Source: Octopus vulgaris
Taxonomy: Eukaryota
Assembly: GCA_951406725.2 (NCBI GenBank)
Contig: OX597817.1
Span: 174,840,001-174,904,000 of the forward strand
Reading direction: 5' to 3'
Length of the DNA stretch: 64,000 nt
The notes under the pieces are model-generated. The model did no database searches, had not been told where the DNA came from, and saw nothing but the letters and a program-made list of their open reading frames with translations. This document shows, one piece after another, positions 13,459 through 27,236 of this stretch. The stretch's first letter is position 1, and every line of letters begins with the position of its first letter. Made by a program: the position numbers and the translations under genes.

Positions 13459-14720
13459 GTGTCTATATGTGTGTGTGCCTGTCTGTTGTCATGAACTGAG
13501 TAGTTATTTACAGAAGTCTTTAAAACAGAGACTGATTCCTAGCCAATTACATCAGATGTAGTTGATATTAAGAATCATCATCATCTGCAGCAGCAGCACC
13601 ACTGCCCCTGCCGTCGCCACCGCCACCGCCACCACCACCACCATCACCACCACCACCACCACCACTACCCACCACTACCACCACCACCACCATCACCATC
13701 ATCATCATCAACATCAACATTTTCCTCCTCTTTCTTGTTATCATTATTATCATCATCATTGTCACCAACATAGTTTATTATCATTATGTAGTTATACAAC
13801 TGTGGGTTAAAAGAGTAAAGACCCCCTTTGGTCATGAATGACCCTGGGATTGCACCCCAGAAAGTTACCCTCTGAGACACAAGTCTCGGCAAGGCTCCCC
13901 TCACCATGCCACGGATGTTATCCAGGGGAAAGGCAAAGACCGATACAGCTTGGCACCAGTGACGTCGCAACTCATTTCTACAGCCAGACAACAGTAACAA
14001 CAAGAAGAACAACACCAACAACAACAAGCAACCAAACAACCAACTACAGTCTCCTCTGAAGTCTCTCTTTCCCACAAAACTCCTTACTCTCCACCTGTTT
14101 TGCATCTCTCACCACCTTCTTGTGACTCTACTTCTCTTTCATCTAATACAGGCTCACATGCCATCAATCCATCCTACATCTTTTTCCACTCATTATGATT
14201 GCAAGACGTTATCATTGCACACATCATACAATGTGGAATATAAATGTAATTTCTGATTCAATCTGATCTTTTCCCTTCTTTCTTTTATCTTCACAATTAA
14301 CTAACTCAGCTAACATACTATATTACTTCTTTGAAATAATTTGCCTGTCTTGTTTTGTTTGTTTTTGTTCCTTTAATTTTTTTTTATTCGTGTATCAATG
14401 TTTGAGACCCTGCATGTGCTTCTGTGTATGTGTGCATGTGTGAGAATGGATGTATGAATGCATGCATCTGTGTATGTCCATAAGAATGTACGCAATTATG
14501 ATTTTGTATTCGTATGAAAATGTGTACAACTTATGCGTGCATGTGAGTATTTATGTATGCGTGTTTGTGTATGGATGCACTTATATTTGTATATCCGTAT
14601 GAATGTATGTATATATGTGCACATGTACATATGTATGTATGAATGTATATTTCTATGCATAAATGTATTTAGCTGTGTATCTAAGCTTGTATTTATTAAT
14701 GTTTGTATGTGAATATGGAC

Positions 14721-14751
<31 letters not shown>

Positions 14752-14937
14752 TGTATGTATGTATGTATGTATGTATGTATGTATGTATGTATGTATGAAA
14801 GTGTGTAGCTTTATAGTTATACATGTATACATATATGTATGAAAAAATGTATGTATGCATGCAACTATACATATGCATGTAACTATATATATATGTATGC
14901 CTATCCATAAGTACATATGGATGTAAATATGTATGTA

Positions 14938-14970
<33 letters not shown>

Positions 14971-15123
14971 GTATGTATGTAAGTATGTATCTATGTATGT
15001 ACATAAGTATGTAAGTAGCTATGGATGAATGAATGCATATTTGTATGCATATATGTAAGTATTATTTATGCATATATGCATACATCTGTCTATCTGTTTG
15101 CTCATCAATCTTTCTTACCTTTT

Positions 15124-15176
<53 letters not shown>

Positions 15177-15349
15177 TACATCACTTTTCAAGTGAATGGC
15201 ATCTCTGAAATATTTTAATTTAAAGATACTTCTTTCCTATACCAATCAATGTAGAGAAGGTTATGGCCCACAAATAAGGTCAGAATAACATCAAAACATA
15301 TTCACTGTTGTCTCCCATTCTTGCCAATGAGATGCAAGTAATCTTTATA

Positions 15350-15576
15350 TTCTCTTATTCTTTTACATGTTCCAGTTATTTGACTGTGGCCATGCTAGAG
15401 TATTGCTTTTAGTTGAGCAAATCGACCCCAGGATTTATTCTTTGTAAGCCTAGTACTTATTCTATCATCACTTTTGCCAAACTGCTAAGTTATGGGGATG
15501 CAAACTCACAAGCATTGGTTGCCAAGCGATGTGGTGGGGACAAACACAGACACATAGACACACACACACACACGCG

Positions 15577-15630
<54 letters not shown>

Positions 15631-15787
15631 ATGGGCTTCTTTCAATTTCTGTCTACCAAATCCACTCACAAGACTTTGGTTGATCCGAGGCAAAGACACT
15701 TGCCCAAGATGCTACGCAGTGGAACTGAACCCAAAGCCATGTAGTTGGTAAGCAAGCTACTTACCACACAGCCACTCCTGTGCCTAT
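15350..15787 (-). mobile_element. SINE family A, full copy with expanded internal (CA)n
   Basis: Colinear with 2591-2996. Confidence 0.85.
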
Positions 15788-17973
15788 GTTGACTACATAA
15801 TTGTTTCTTTGTATTAAATATCTTAACCACTGCTAATTATCCCCCATTCTTTAAGCATTACATGGTGTCTTCATTGAGTTAAACATTTATAGTGGTTGAG
15901 TAAAAGACTCAGTGGTAGCTGAGTGGTTAGGGTGCTGGATAACTTATCCAATGGCCATTTTACTGGTTTCAGTGAAGAAATTCATTCCACATAGTAAATC
16001 TAGTTCTTCATTCATTTGTTCAAAGAATTATTGCAAATGTCTAAATTTGCATAATTGTCTAAATTTATGATAAGTGTTAATTAATTGAGAGAAATTGGTG
16101 ACTTATAATTATCATTGATGGCTTGAATATATGAATTTAAATCCCGTTATAATTTATCATCACTGACAATTCATCATCATCATATTTTCCATCATCACCA
16201 CCGCCACCACCGCCACCACCAACAACAACAACAGCAACAGCACCATTACCACCACCACTAGCAAAACCGTTGCCATCATCATCATCTCCTTGTCCTTCTC
16301 TTCCTTGCTCTTCTTTTCCTCCACATTCTCATTCTTGTTGTCCTTCTCCTCATCCTCCCTTCGTCCCCATTCTTGTTCTCCTCCTTGTCTTTGTCCACAT
16401 TTTCCTCATTCTCCATTGTCTCTACATTCCTCCGCCTCCTCTTCATCATCATCATTTTGCTGTCACTTTTCCCATATGAGCATGTGTTAGGTCATCACAG
16501 ATCATGTCAGACCTTATTCAGGTTAGTGTCCCCTGACACAAGCCAGAGATCATATTGCTCTTACAATTACCGTTTTTCATATGACATCTAAAGCAAGATG
16601 CTCTTTCTATTGTCAACTATTTTATTGAGTATACAGCGAGCATTTTATTGTGACTGTAACATCAGGAAGTTGTCTTGTTCATAAGTCTAAAGAGAGCTCT
16701 TTTTATTCCATTTAAATGACAACGACAAATCAGTACTCATTCTGAGATCAATAACCTTTCTTTTTCTGTCAACTTGCGTGAGGAACAATAATAAAAGTGT
16801 TACATATCATCCCATTGATTATTGTATTTATGTAGCCTTTTCCTCATCATTAAATCTTTCACGGATAAATAACATCTTTAGCTTTGAAAAGTATATTGAT
16901 GGAACAATGATAAAATGCTTTTTGTTTTGTTTAGGATGTTTGAATTTTTTCGATGTATTTTATTGAGCAATAAAATCTAATGAAACAATCTTTATATGTG
17001 TATACATAAACATATACCTGCATATATAGGGAGAATTCACAAAAGAAAACAAAAGACAAAGACAGGTGGTGTAGACAACAAACAGATGAATTAGTTTAAT
17101 GCTCAGGAATTGAAAAGGTTTTTAACGTTTTGAGCCTAAGCTCTTCCACAGAAAGGAACACAGAAAGAATCAAGGAGAGAAAATAAAGAATGTATAGTGG
17201 CTAGCGATCTATCATGGCGAATGCCGGACAGAAGGGAAACACAGGAGAGCAGGAAGAAGGGGAGATAATAAAGTAGTGGTGATCCCAAAACGAAGGTACA
17301 AGTGTGTGTGTATAAGAGAGCATGTATGTGTGTGTGGAAGAGGGCTGGTGACCTTGACATGTACGTGTGTGTATGTGTATGTGTGTGGACGATGGTGTAG
17401 GGCTGGGAAGTGGTCAGTGCTAGTGTGTGTGTGTGTTGATGTGATGTGATGTGACGTGGTGTTGTGTGGTATGGTGGCGCATGGTGTGGTGGTGTGTGGT
17501 GTGATGGTGTTGGGATGTGGGGGAGGCGAGAGTGGGGAAAGCAAGGGTGGGGTGTGGGTTTGGCTGGGGGTGGGGGTAGAGATGGGGTATGTGTGTATAT
17601 GTGTGTATATGTTTGTAATATATATATACACATACACACATATATATATCATAGTACTAAAGAAAGGTTAGTGTATATATTATTCAATCAAGGTATTGTT
17701 TACCAGGATTACATTGCTCATAATTAGTGATATGTATTAAGGTGTTGAGCTGGCAGAATTGTTAACATGCTGGACAAAATGCTTAGCAACGTTTCACCCG
17801 TTGCTATATTCTGAGTCCAAAATTCTGCCAATGTCAACTTTGCCTTCCATCCTTTTGGGGTCGATAAATCATGTACCAGTGAAAACCTGGGGTCGATGTA
17901 ATCGGCTGTCCCTCTCTCCCCAATTTCAGGCCTTGTGCCTGTAGTAGAAAGGAATAATTAGCGATGTGTATTG

Positions 17974-18031
<58 letters not shown>

Positions 18032-19173
18032 CATTATTATTATTTTTATCAATCATCATCATCATTATTATCATTGTTATCATTATTATTGTTGTTGTTA
18101 TTATAACAATTACTCTTATTAATAGTTATTGTTTTTTTATGGTTTGTGTCAGACTGAAGGAACTGTGTCATGACCTCTGTTGATCATCAGAGACTGATGC
18201 TGTTGATGTTTAGTTTGAACTGCTACAAATTGTTGCTTAGACCCAACCCTGATTAAGAACACCTATGATGAAAGGTATTCCAACCATAACTTTCTCATCT
18301 TATTGTAGAGAACACAGAACCATATTCTATAAAGTGTCCTTTTTTTAATAAAAAAATAGGCATGTGATCTGTGAGGGAGATTTCCCTGTTATTTCTAGCA
18401 GGTCAAAAGACACTACATTGTTGGCTTTATACTCAATGCTTATAAAAAATCCATATCAGGACAAATACCCCCAGGGCAATTAGGCCACCTCCCAGGACAG
18501 CTCCCTCTAGGACTACCCCCAGTTAATTACCCCCTCTCCAATATATTAAGAAGTTTTAAATCATCATCTTTTGTCCTTGGTGAGTTATTGTCCATGGGGG
18601 TAAATGTCCTAAACTCAAAAAATCTAAGTGAGATAAGATTTCTAGAGGGTTGACTTGATGGGGAGGAAGGACTAGATTACATGGTTAGTGCAGGACCTGG
18701 CACAGAGGGGAGGTAAAGGAATAGATTGAATTAGAAGAGAGCTTAAGGGGGATGGTAGAAGGGTACCATGGTAGACCATTGTAGTAGCCGTTATGTTCTG
18801 AGTTCAAATTCCACCAAGGTCGACTTTGCCTTTCATCCTTTCAGAGTCAATAAATTAAGTACCAGTTACACACTGGGGTCGATGTAATCGACTTAATCCG
18901 TTTGTCTGTCCTTGTTTGTCCCCTCTATATTTAGCCCCTTGTGGGCAATAAAGAAATAACAAACTGTCAAGAATGGTACATGTAGAACCTTAGACCAAAT
19001 GCCTTTCAGTATTTAGCTGCATATCTTTACCTTCTGAGTTCAAATTCTGCTGAGGTCAGCTTTTGTTTTTTATCATTCAAGTGTAGGTAAAATATAATAT
19101 CAGTTTTGCATTGGTGCTGATCAAATCAACTGCCATTTTCCACTAAATTTTGTGGTCTCTGATCTTTGCAAGA

Positions 19174-19421
19174 TCAGACACATACTGCAGAATGAACCCT
19201 AAAATGTGATACGACAAGCACTTGACTGGAACCCACAGAAGAAAAGGAAGCGAGGATGCCCGAAGCAGCCATGGAAGCAGAGCATTTTGGACGAGCTCAG
19301 GACCACCGACCTGACATGGGAAGCAGCCAAGAAACGCGCCAATGCCCGCAAAAAGTGGAAAACAACTGTTGAGGCCCTGTGCTCCACAAGAGGCAAAAAG
19401 GATTAAGAAGAAGAAGAAGAA
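19174..19421 (+). mobile_element. 5'-truncated RTE-clade LINE, (GAA)n tail, 13-bp TSD
   Basis: IRQALDWNPQKKRKRGCPKQPW...WKTTVEALC* (RTE C-terminus); TSD GATCTTTGCAAGA at 19161-19173 and 19422-19434. Confidence 0.85.
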
Positions 19422-20343
19422 GATCTTTGCAAGAAACCATTTTTAATGTAATGTTTTATTTGTTTTGAAAAATGAAATGATGACAGTGACAACAACAAGT
19501 ATAGCTACAACAATACCTGTTAGTCCTAAACAGCAATTAGCAGAAGATCGTTAATTGAGCATAGAGTGATTAATTGACACAATCATTAGGGCCTCAGACA
19601 ATTATTTTGCTGTTCCAGTTCTTGAGATTGATTTCAACTTTGTTCTTTGTTCCTCCGGGGTTGGGGTTAGGTTCAAATAAAGGTACCGGTCATATACTGG
19701 AATAGGTTCTTCCTGCCTGTCTCTCTTCTCATCTCTTTCTTTGTCACTAAATCTTGTTTTCTGTCTGTCTGTCTCTCTCTCTCTCAGATAGGATAAGTTG
19801 TGGTGGGAGAGAGTTGTGACCAAGTATTCACAGTACCTTCTTTCCCCGAGAAATGATTTAAGATTTTACTAAAGACAAGCACCTTCTTTACAGCTGCAAA
19901 AGCCAACAAAAGGACAATATAACATGGTCAACAGGGATGGAATGATTTGTTGTAAGGCATGAAATAGTTACAAAAGAAAAAAATTTAGGTGCATGTAAAA
20001 CTTAGTCTGTTTAGATTTATTCTCATATTTTGTTTCTCCCCTCTTTTCTTTTATTATATAACTCAAAGTTAAAATTTAAGATTAATTTCTTTCCTTTATT
20101 TTTCTATAGATTTTAAACATGATTGCATTAAGATTTAACCTAATCTTTCATCTATAACAGAAATCAGAAAACTTTTTGGGAGGCGGGCCAGACTAGAAAT
20201 ACTTTTATGACTTGCAGACCAAAACAAATAAAATTTAAAAAAAAAAAGCATGATTGCACAAATTATATAAAGAGTTTGCTTTTTCTATTTTTAATCTTTT
20301 AAATGCCATCTGCCATAATGAAGTAATTGTTACACTTCTAAAG

Positions 20344-20491
20344 ATGTAAGAAAATAAAACTGCATGCATCCATGTATGACACAGTGTGTAGTGGAGAGTT
20401 AAAACATGTTTCAGTTCGACTGAATGGAGATGATCGTAGATTTGAGGTAAATGTGACACCTGCCAGTTTACTTGTTTTTTTCAATGGACAG
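20344..20491 (+). CDS. Candidate internal coding exon of an unidentified host gene
   Basis: Non-repetitive; cttctaaag| acceptor and CAG|gtattt donor; open frame CKKIKLHASMYDTVCSGELKHVSVRLNGDDRRFEVNVTPASLLVFFNGQ, with stops just outside both splice sites. Confidence 0.35.
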
Positions 20492-21149
20492 GTATTTTTT
20501 TTTTTGTTTTGTTAGCTTGTCACTCCCACTCTTATTGTCAGTTATTCATGTCAACTATATTGAGACAGTGTACAAAATACTGTCAGTGTCTGTTGCTCTA
20601 TTCAGTTGGGAAAGTGAAAAGATTTATTGTTTAAAATCTCACACCCAGGTAAACTTTCATTTTTTAACTAGCGAAAGGAATATCACATAGACCTGGTAGA
20701 ATCGTTGCATGCCAGGCAGAATGCCTAGCAGTATTTCGTCTGCTATTATGTTCTGAGTTCAAATTCTGCTGAAGTTGACTTTGCCTTTCATCCTTTTGGG
20801 GTAGACTAGATAAGTATCAGTTATGCACTGGGGTCCATGTAATCGACTTAATCCCTTTGTCTGTCCTTGTTTGTCCCCTCTATGTTTAGTTGCCTGTGGA
20901 AGTAAATATCACATTTTATATATCTTTTATTTTTTGTCTTTTGCTTGTTTCAGTCATTAGACTGAGGCCATGCTGGAGCATCACCTTGAAGAATTTTAGT
21001 TGAATGAACCAACCCCTGTACTTATAGTTTAAGCCTGGCACACATCTTACCAGTTTCTTTTGCTAAACCACTAAGTTTCAGGGATATAAACACACCATCA
21101 CCAGTAGTCAAGCAGTGAGGGGGGCAAATACAAAGACACGCACACACAT

Positions 21150-21216
<67 letters not shown>

Positions 21217-21365
21217 TATGTATCACAGAAATAGTGGAGTGCCAGAAGGATGCAGTGGTATCGGGCAGGGTGAGGAGCACAGAATTTTGAGGGAAATTGT
21301 TTAGAATAGGGGTCAAGGGGTTGAGACACATTGAAACTTACAAGAGGTAGTGAAACATGACTGTT

Positions 21366-21510
21366 TCTGCTGCTGCTGCTACTACTACTACTACTACTAC
21401 TACTAATTACTACCATCATCACCACCACCACCACCATTGCTGCCACTGCTGCTGCTGCCACCACTACTACTACTATTACTACTACCACCACCACCACCAC
21501 CACCACCACC

Positions 21511-21550
<40 letters not shown>

Positions 21551-21565
21551 TTACTACTACTACTA

Positions 21566-21617
<52 letters not shown>
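21366..21617. repeat. (CTG)/(CTA)/(CCA) compound trinucleotide microsatellite
   Basis: Direct reading. Confidence 0.9.
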
Positions 21618-22063
21618 ATTAACCATGATCTCTGACCCTCCATATTTCACCCCCTTTCTTCATTCCCTTCATCTAAAGTCACTTGCATCTGTATCTGTTT
21701 CTCCTCATCCTACCACTTCCACTCCCCTGTCTTTCTTTACTCTCACCTAGAATTCCTATTACAAATTCTGCTCCTCTCTGTAACTTATCTTCTATCTCTA
21801 TCTTCCCCCAGGCTACCAACATAACAAGAATCCAAATAACTGAACATCAGCCGCAATAACTTCACTTGCCTGGTCTTGTTTCTGAGTTAACTCTTTGTTT
21901 GTCCAATGTACCAACCACATGAAATGCAGGACATATTTCCCTGGTGTCCAAGCATCATGTATGATATATGTTCCTAAATTTTTACGGCTGCCAGAGTAAC
22001 TAGCGACTTTTGAAAGGAAAGTTTTTATATCATTCAATACATTTGAAACAAGTTTCGTTTTTG

Positions 22064-22465
22064 GTGGCTGTGTGGTAAGTAGCTTGCTAACCAACCACAT
22101 GGTTCCGGGTTCAGTCCCACTGCGTGGCATCTTGGGCAAGTGTCTTCTGCATAGCCCCGGGCCGACCAATGCCTTGTGAGTGGATTTGGTAGACGGAAAC
22201 TGAAAGAAGCCTGTCGTATATATGTATGTATATATATAAGTGTGTGTATATATGTTTGTGTGTCTGTGTTTGTCCCCCTAGCATTGCTTGACAACCGATG
22301 CTGGTGTGTTTACGTCCCCATCACTTAGCGGTTCAGCAAAAGAGACCGATAGAATAAGTACTGGGCTTACAAAGAATAAGTCCCGGGGTCGATCTGCTCG
22401 ACTAAAGGTGGTGCTCCAGCATGGCCGCAGTCAAATGACTGAAACAAGTAAAAGAGTAAAAGAGT
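22064..22465 (+). mobile_element. SINE family A, young full copy
   Basis: A/B boxes, CORE-like block, CpGs retained, GTAAAAGA tail. Confidence 0.9.
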
Positions 22466-22568
22466 AAGATTCTTTATATGAGTTCGTGTGTTGAAACATA
22501 TGTTGTTGTGTCTGGGGAGAGTCATTTTCTTTTTGTGCCTTATTATGTAACACACTCACCAGTAAAAA

Positions 22569-22605
22569 CTATTGAAAAGGTTGCAAGACGCAATGAAAAT
22601 TTTAG
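22569..22605 (+). ncRNA. Minimal type I hammerhead-like motif, U3:A8 core
   Basis: CUA UUGAAAA G GUUGC-AAGAC-GCAAU GAAA AU UU UAG; palindromic helix III AAUU. Confidence 0.5.
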
Positions 22606-23092
22606 GACAATAAAAATAAGAAAAAAGCGAAAATTTTACCGGTGAGTGTGTTACATGATAAAGCACAAAAAGAAAATGACTCTCTCCAGACACAACAGAA
22701 TTTGAAACAAGGGCTACCTAAAAGTCTGAAAAGAAGCACGGATGTGCAATGGCAAACTTAAGAAAATGCTTTGGTTAACATCTGGGAAATAAAAGTCTAT
22801 TGATGAGAACATCACCTGCCCCTCCTTCTCTTTCGTGTCTTATTCTTCTTTCTCTTCCTCATCATCGTCATCTTCCTCTTCTCCTGCCTCCTTTTCTTCT
22901 TCTTCTCTTCACTCCCTTCCTCTTTCTTAGGCTAACACGTAAACAAATCTTACTGCAGCATCTGCAAGCCACCAATCAGAAAGCTTTGCGAGGATGCAAA
23001 AGTTTAATTTCTGATATGTCATGATTTACAACATGTGTTAGTCTGCAATAGAAACCAAAGCCTGCAATATCGGAAAGTAAAACAAGAAAAAA

Positions 23093-23124
<32 letters not shown>

Positions 23125-23399
23125 AAAAAAAAAGAGAGAGAGAAGGGGAGAGAAAAATCTCCATTTACTTTGACTTTGTTGTGTGGACAATAATTCTTTT
23201 TGCAGCAGACACAATCATTTTTACAGCTCCGTGATGGTGAAATTAGAGTTGATTGCCTTCCATACATTGCAAGCATTAAGTTAATTGCCTTGCATACATT
23301 ACATACATTACAAGAAATACTAATTACATCTGTTGATTACTATAGTGGCTGATAATCTTTTTACATCTAAGATGTATATGTAATACGTTTTATAACCAA

Positions 23400-23720
23400 C
23401 TAGCAGTATCGCCCGGCGTTGCTCGGGTTTGTTTCGACCCTTTAGAATTGGAATTTTTGAAAAGTAAAAACTTTGCATTATGTAGCTTGTTATTCTCTTT
23501 AAGTGAACATTTTTCTGGTTGAAATACACTGAAAAATGGCAACACAGCAGTCAAAAAATCGTAAAAGATAGGGATTTTCATAGAAAAAAAGCACCTTTTC
23601 AATGTAAATAATTTTTGGTGCTAACATGGTCCTATTTGAATTTTTTCTTCTATAGAAGGAAGAGCAAGCCTTCTTCTATCATACTCTCAATTTTGGTCAA
23701 CTTGCGCTGCAGGGTCTCTC
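23400..23720 (-). mobile_element. Helitron 3' portion
   Basis: Minus strand CCCGAGCAACGCCGGG-CGATACTG-CTAG|T, same hairpin as at 1178; 5' end not found, right boundary approximate. Confidence 0.75.
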
Positions 23721-24009
23721 ACTGACTTCTCTTCAGTACAATGATGTATACAAAAGAGGTGTTTAGTCAAATTTATTATAGTTGCTGTGCAAAATACATT
23801 AATGAAGTTCACATATCCAGAACAAATCAAAAGAACAAATTTGAAAGTCACATTTGTACTTTGTCAGTATAATATGTAACTATGGACATGCTGTAAAGAC
23901 AACATTGTGAAGAATCTGTCAGTCACCTGTCACCTGCCTCCATGAGGCTCAATGCTTGAATGAGGCCTTTTATGTGTCACCTGCATGAGTGCCATGATTT
24001 AGCCATGAC

Positions 24010-24435
24010 TACTCTTTACTCTTTTACTCTTTTACTCTTTTACTTGTTTCAGTCATTTGACTGTGGCCATGCCGGGGCACCACTTTTAGTTGAAGAAATC
24101 AACCCCAGGACTTATTCTTTGTAAGCCTAGTACTTATTCCATTGGTCTCTTTTGCCGAACCGCTAAGTTACAGGGACGTAAACACACCAGCATTGGTTGT
24201 CAAGCGATGTTGGGGGACAAACACAGACACACAAACATATACATGCACATACATATACACATACATATATACGACGGGCTTCTTTCAGTTTCCATCTACC
24301 AAATCCACTTACAAGGCTTTGGTCGACCCGAGGCTATAGTAGAAGACACTTGCCCAAGGTGCCACGCAGTGGGACTGAACCCAGAACCATGTGGTTGGTA
24401 AGCAAGCTACTTACCACACAGCCATTCCTGCACCT
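24010..24435 (-). mobile_element. SINE family A, full copy
   Basis: Colinear with 2591-2996. Confidence 0.9.
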
Positions 24436-25855
24436 ATTTTTTTTTTTTCAAATATTTTATTTATTCAGAATCTTTATAAAGTAAAACAAAATGTTTTAAA
24501 TTATCAAGAAGTGCAAAAAAAGTAAATTATAAATACTTCATTCACAATTTTGTATGTTGTGGTAAATGATTTAAGTTGGCATCATAAATATATGGTGTAA
24601 TGTCTATTTACTTATCTATTTACAGAGCAAATTTCTGTCTTCATAAAAACCAAAATATGCACTGTTTTGTTATCAATGTCAATTTCACTTTCTGATTATT
24701 TCCTATAAATACACATGAGGTAAAATTTGGCTGTATTTTGTCAGGCATTGATTGATACAATCTCCTATATTGTTATAAACATAAAAATAAATTGAATATT
24801 TATCACAAATGGCAAATATAAGTTATTTGAAATTACGGTCATCAACCTTCAATATGGAAGGATGTACAAGATATAATCCAAAATGTAAACACTTTCATTA
24901 TACTTACACTCCAATACTTTCATTGTTGGATACATTTAATTCTACTGGAGTTGAATTTGCCTTTCACCCTTTCTGAGTCAACAAAATAAGTACCAGCTGG
25001 GCATTGGGGCTGATGTAATTGACTAGCCCACCTCCTGCCAATTTTTAGGTCTTGTATTAATAGCAGAGAAGTATTTATACATCGAAGAGGCTAGGGAACA
25101 GAAGAAAGAAGACATGCACCCAACACCAGAGCTGAAGACACCTCCGAAAGGGGGGGGGGCCCTGCCACGTCAAAACGGTAGAGGAGAAGGGGCCGAAACC
25201 GGACGTGGTTCCTCCTGATGATGTTTTGAGCTAACTGGATCCTATAAAGGAGCTGTTGTGGTAGCAGACCACGAAACACGGTTGTAATTCCTTCCTAACA
25301 CACCATTTAATAATTACATTATTTCAGAAACAAATGTATTTATTTCTTTCAATTTATGTTCACATTTCAATAGTTACAGTCATTATCCATCATCATTAAT
25401 AACTATATATTAATTTAATGTTCAGATTAAATAATTAAACTGATGATTTTGATAATGCTTATTGATTGAAGTATGTAAAGAATGGAACTATTTCATTTTA
25501 TGTTCCCATTCAGATAATGAATGTGTTCCAGTCTAGCTTTCCATAAGGTTAATTAGAATATGTCTACAGTACTTATGTTTGTCACTTGTGTTAATTATTC
25601 AGACATATTATCAATTGTATGGTAAGAAGCTTGCTTCCCATCCACATGGTTCTGAGTTCAGTCCCATTGTGTGGCACCTTGAGCAAATGTCTTCTACTAT
25701 ATCTTCAGATTGATCAAAGTCTTGTGAGTAGATTTGGTAGATGGAAACTGAAAGAAGCCTGTCGTATGTATATACATCCAAAGTGTACAGTATTATATAT
25801 ATCCATTACAGCTGATCTTACCAATTGGTTTTGTGCTAGGGATTCAATGCAGTGT

Positions 25856-26273
25856 TACTCTTTTACTTGTTTCAGTCATTTGACTGCAGCCATGCTGGAG
25901 CACCACCTTTAGTCGAGCAACTCAACCCCAGAACTTATTCTTTGTAAGCCTAGTACTTATTCTATCGGTCTCTTTTGCCGAACTGCTAAGTTACAGGGAT
26001 GTAAACACACCAGCATCAGTTGTCAAATGATGTTAGGGTGACAAACACAGATACACAAACATACACACACACATATATATATATATACATATATATATAC
26101 ATATATACGATGGTCTTCTTTCAGTTTCCATCTACCAAATCCACTCACAAGGCTTTGGTCGGACCAAGGCTATAGTAGAAGACACTTGGCCAAGGTGCCA
26201 CACAGTGAGACTGAAGTCAGAACCAGGTGGCTCATAAGCAAGCTACTTACCAATTAGCCACTCCTGTGCCTAT
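25856..26273 (-). mobile_element. SINE family A, full copy
   Basis: Colinear with 2591-2996. Confidence 0.85.
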
Positions 26274-26432
26274 GTTACAGAATTATGCCAACAGTACTGA
26301 TAACCTTTTCTTAAGATAACAAGGAAACAATTTCTAGTGCAGCTATGAAAACTAAATTATTGATCTTCACATTTGTCGCCAGACTGAGAACATGTTAATA
26401 TTTTCTGCTTAAATTATTTACTTGTTTCACCA

Positions 26433-26500
<68 letters not shown>

Positions 26501-26550
26501 GTTTATATAATATATTGGTAGGTCATCTAAGAATCCATATATGTGTGTGC

Positions 26551-26597
<47 letters not shown>

Positions 26598-26704
26598 TAA
26601 ACATATATATATATATACATAATTAAATCTAATGTATGTATATATATATCAATCTCTCTTTATCTCTAGGTATATGTCTATCTGTCTGTCTGCTTCTCTC
26701 TATA

Positions 26705-26781
<77 letters not shown>

Positions 26782-26790
26782 GTATATATA

Positions 26791-27105
26791 TATTCCTTCT
26801 TATTCCCCGTCTGTCTTGATAGACAATGGGTTGCGCCAAGGGTGGGGCCTACTTTGATGATGTGCAGTGTCTGCTGTGACTGAACAGTCCAATTCTAGAG
26901 TGGCAGTCCTTGGTACAGTTGCTGCACACGAACATCGATGGGTATGTGTGGGGTGTTGCTGCAGTTGTCCTCCTCCTGTCCCGCCTGTCCAACCACAGCT
27001 GTGCTCTCCTCTCCTCAGCCATGGAAACGCCTTTCCTCACCGTCCGACGCCAGGCAGAGCGGTCACCAGCTGTTTCCTCCCACGTGTCCACACAGATGTT
27101 GGCAG
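26791..27105 (-). mobile_element. RTE-clade LINE 3' fragment with C2H2-like finger, embedded in (TA)n
   Basis: [20 protein letters not shown]...[23 protein letters not shown]. Confidence 0.85.
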
Positions 27106-27108
27106 TAT

Positions 27109-27236
<128 letters not shown>

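Larger units (their letters stand above)
22053..22699. mobile_element. HHR-bearing pLTR-like element in inverted arrangement, 12-bp flanking direct repeat, nested SINE
   Basis: Homologous to 10287-10490; arms ~22504-22567 and ~22634-22696; ATTTGAAACAAG at 22041-22052 and 22700-22711. Confidence 0.65.

Noticed and set aside
21813-23276. piggyBac transposase remnant (IFTAA, MANLRKCF, SIDE on +; Cys-rich peptide on -)
   Set aside because: Fragments are short, frameshifted and on conflicting strands; needs tBLASTn.
24090-24484. Recurrent ORFs such as STPGLILCKPSTYS / [22 protein letters not shown]
   Set aside because: Antisense translations of SINE-A copies; the recurrence reflects the repeat, not a gene family.
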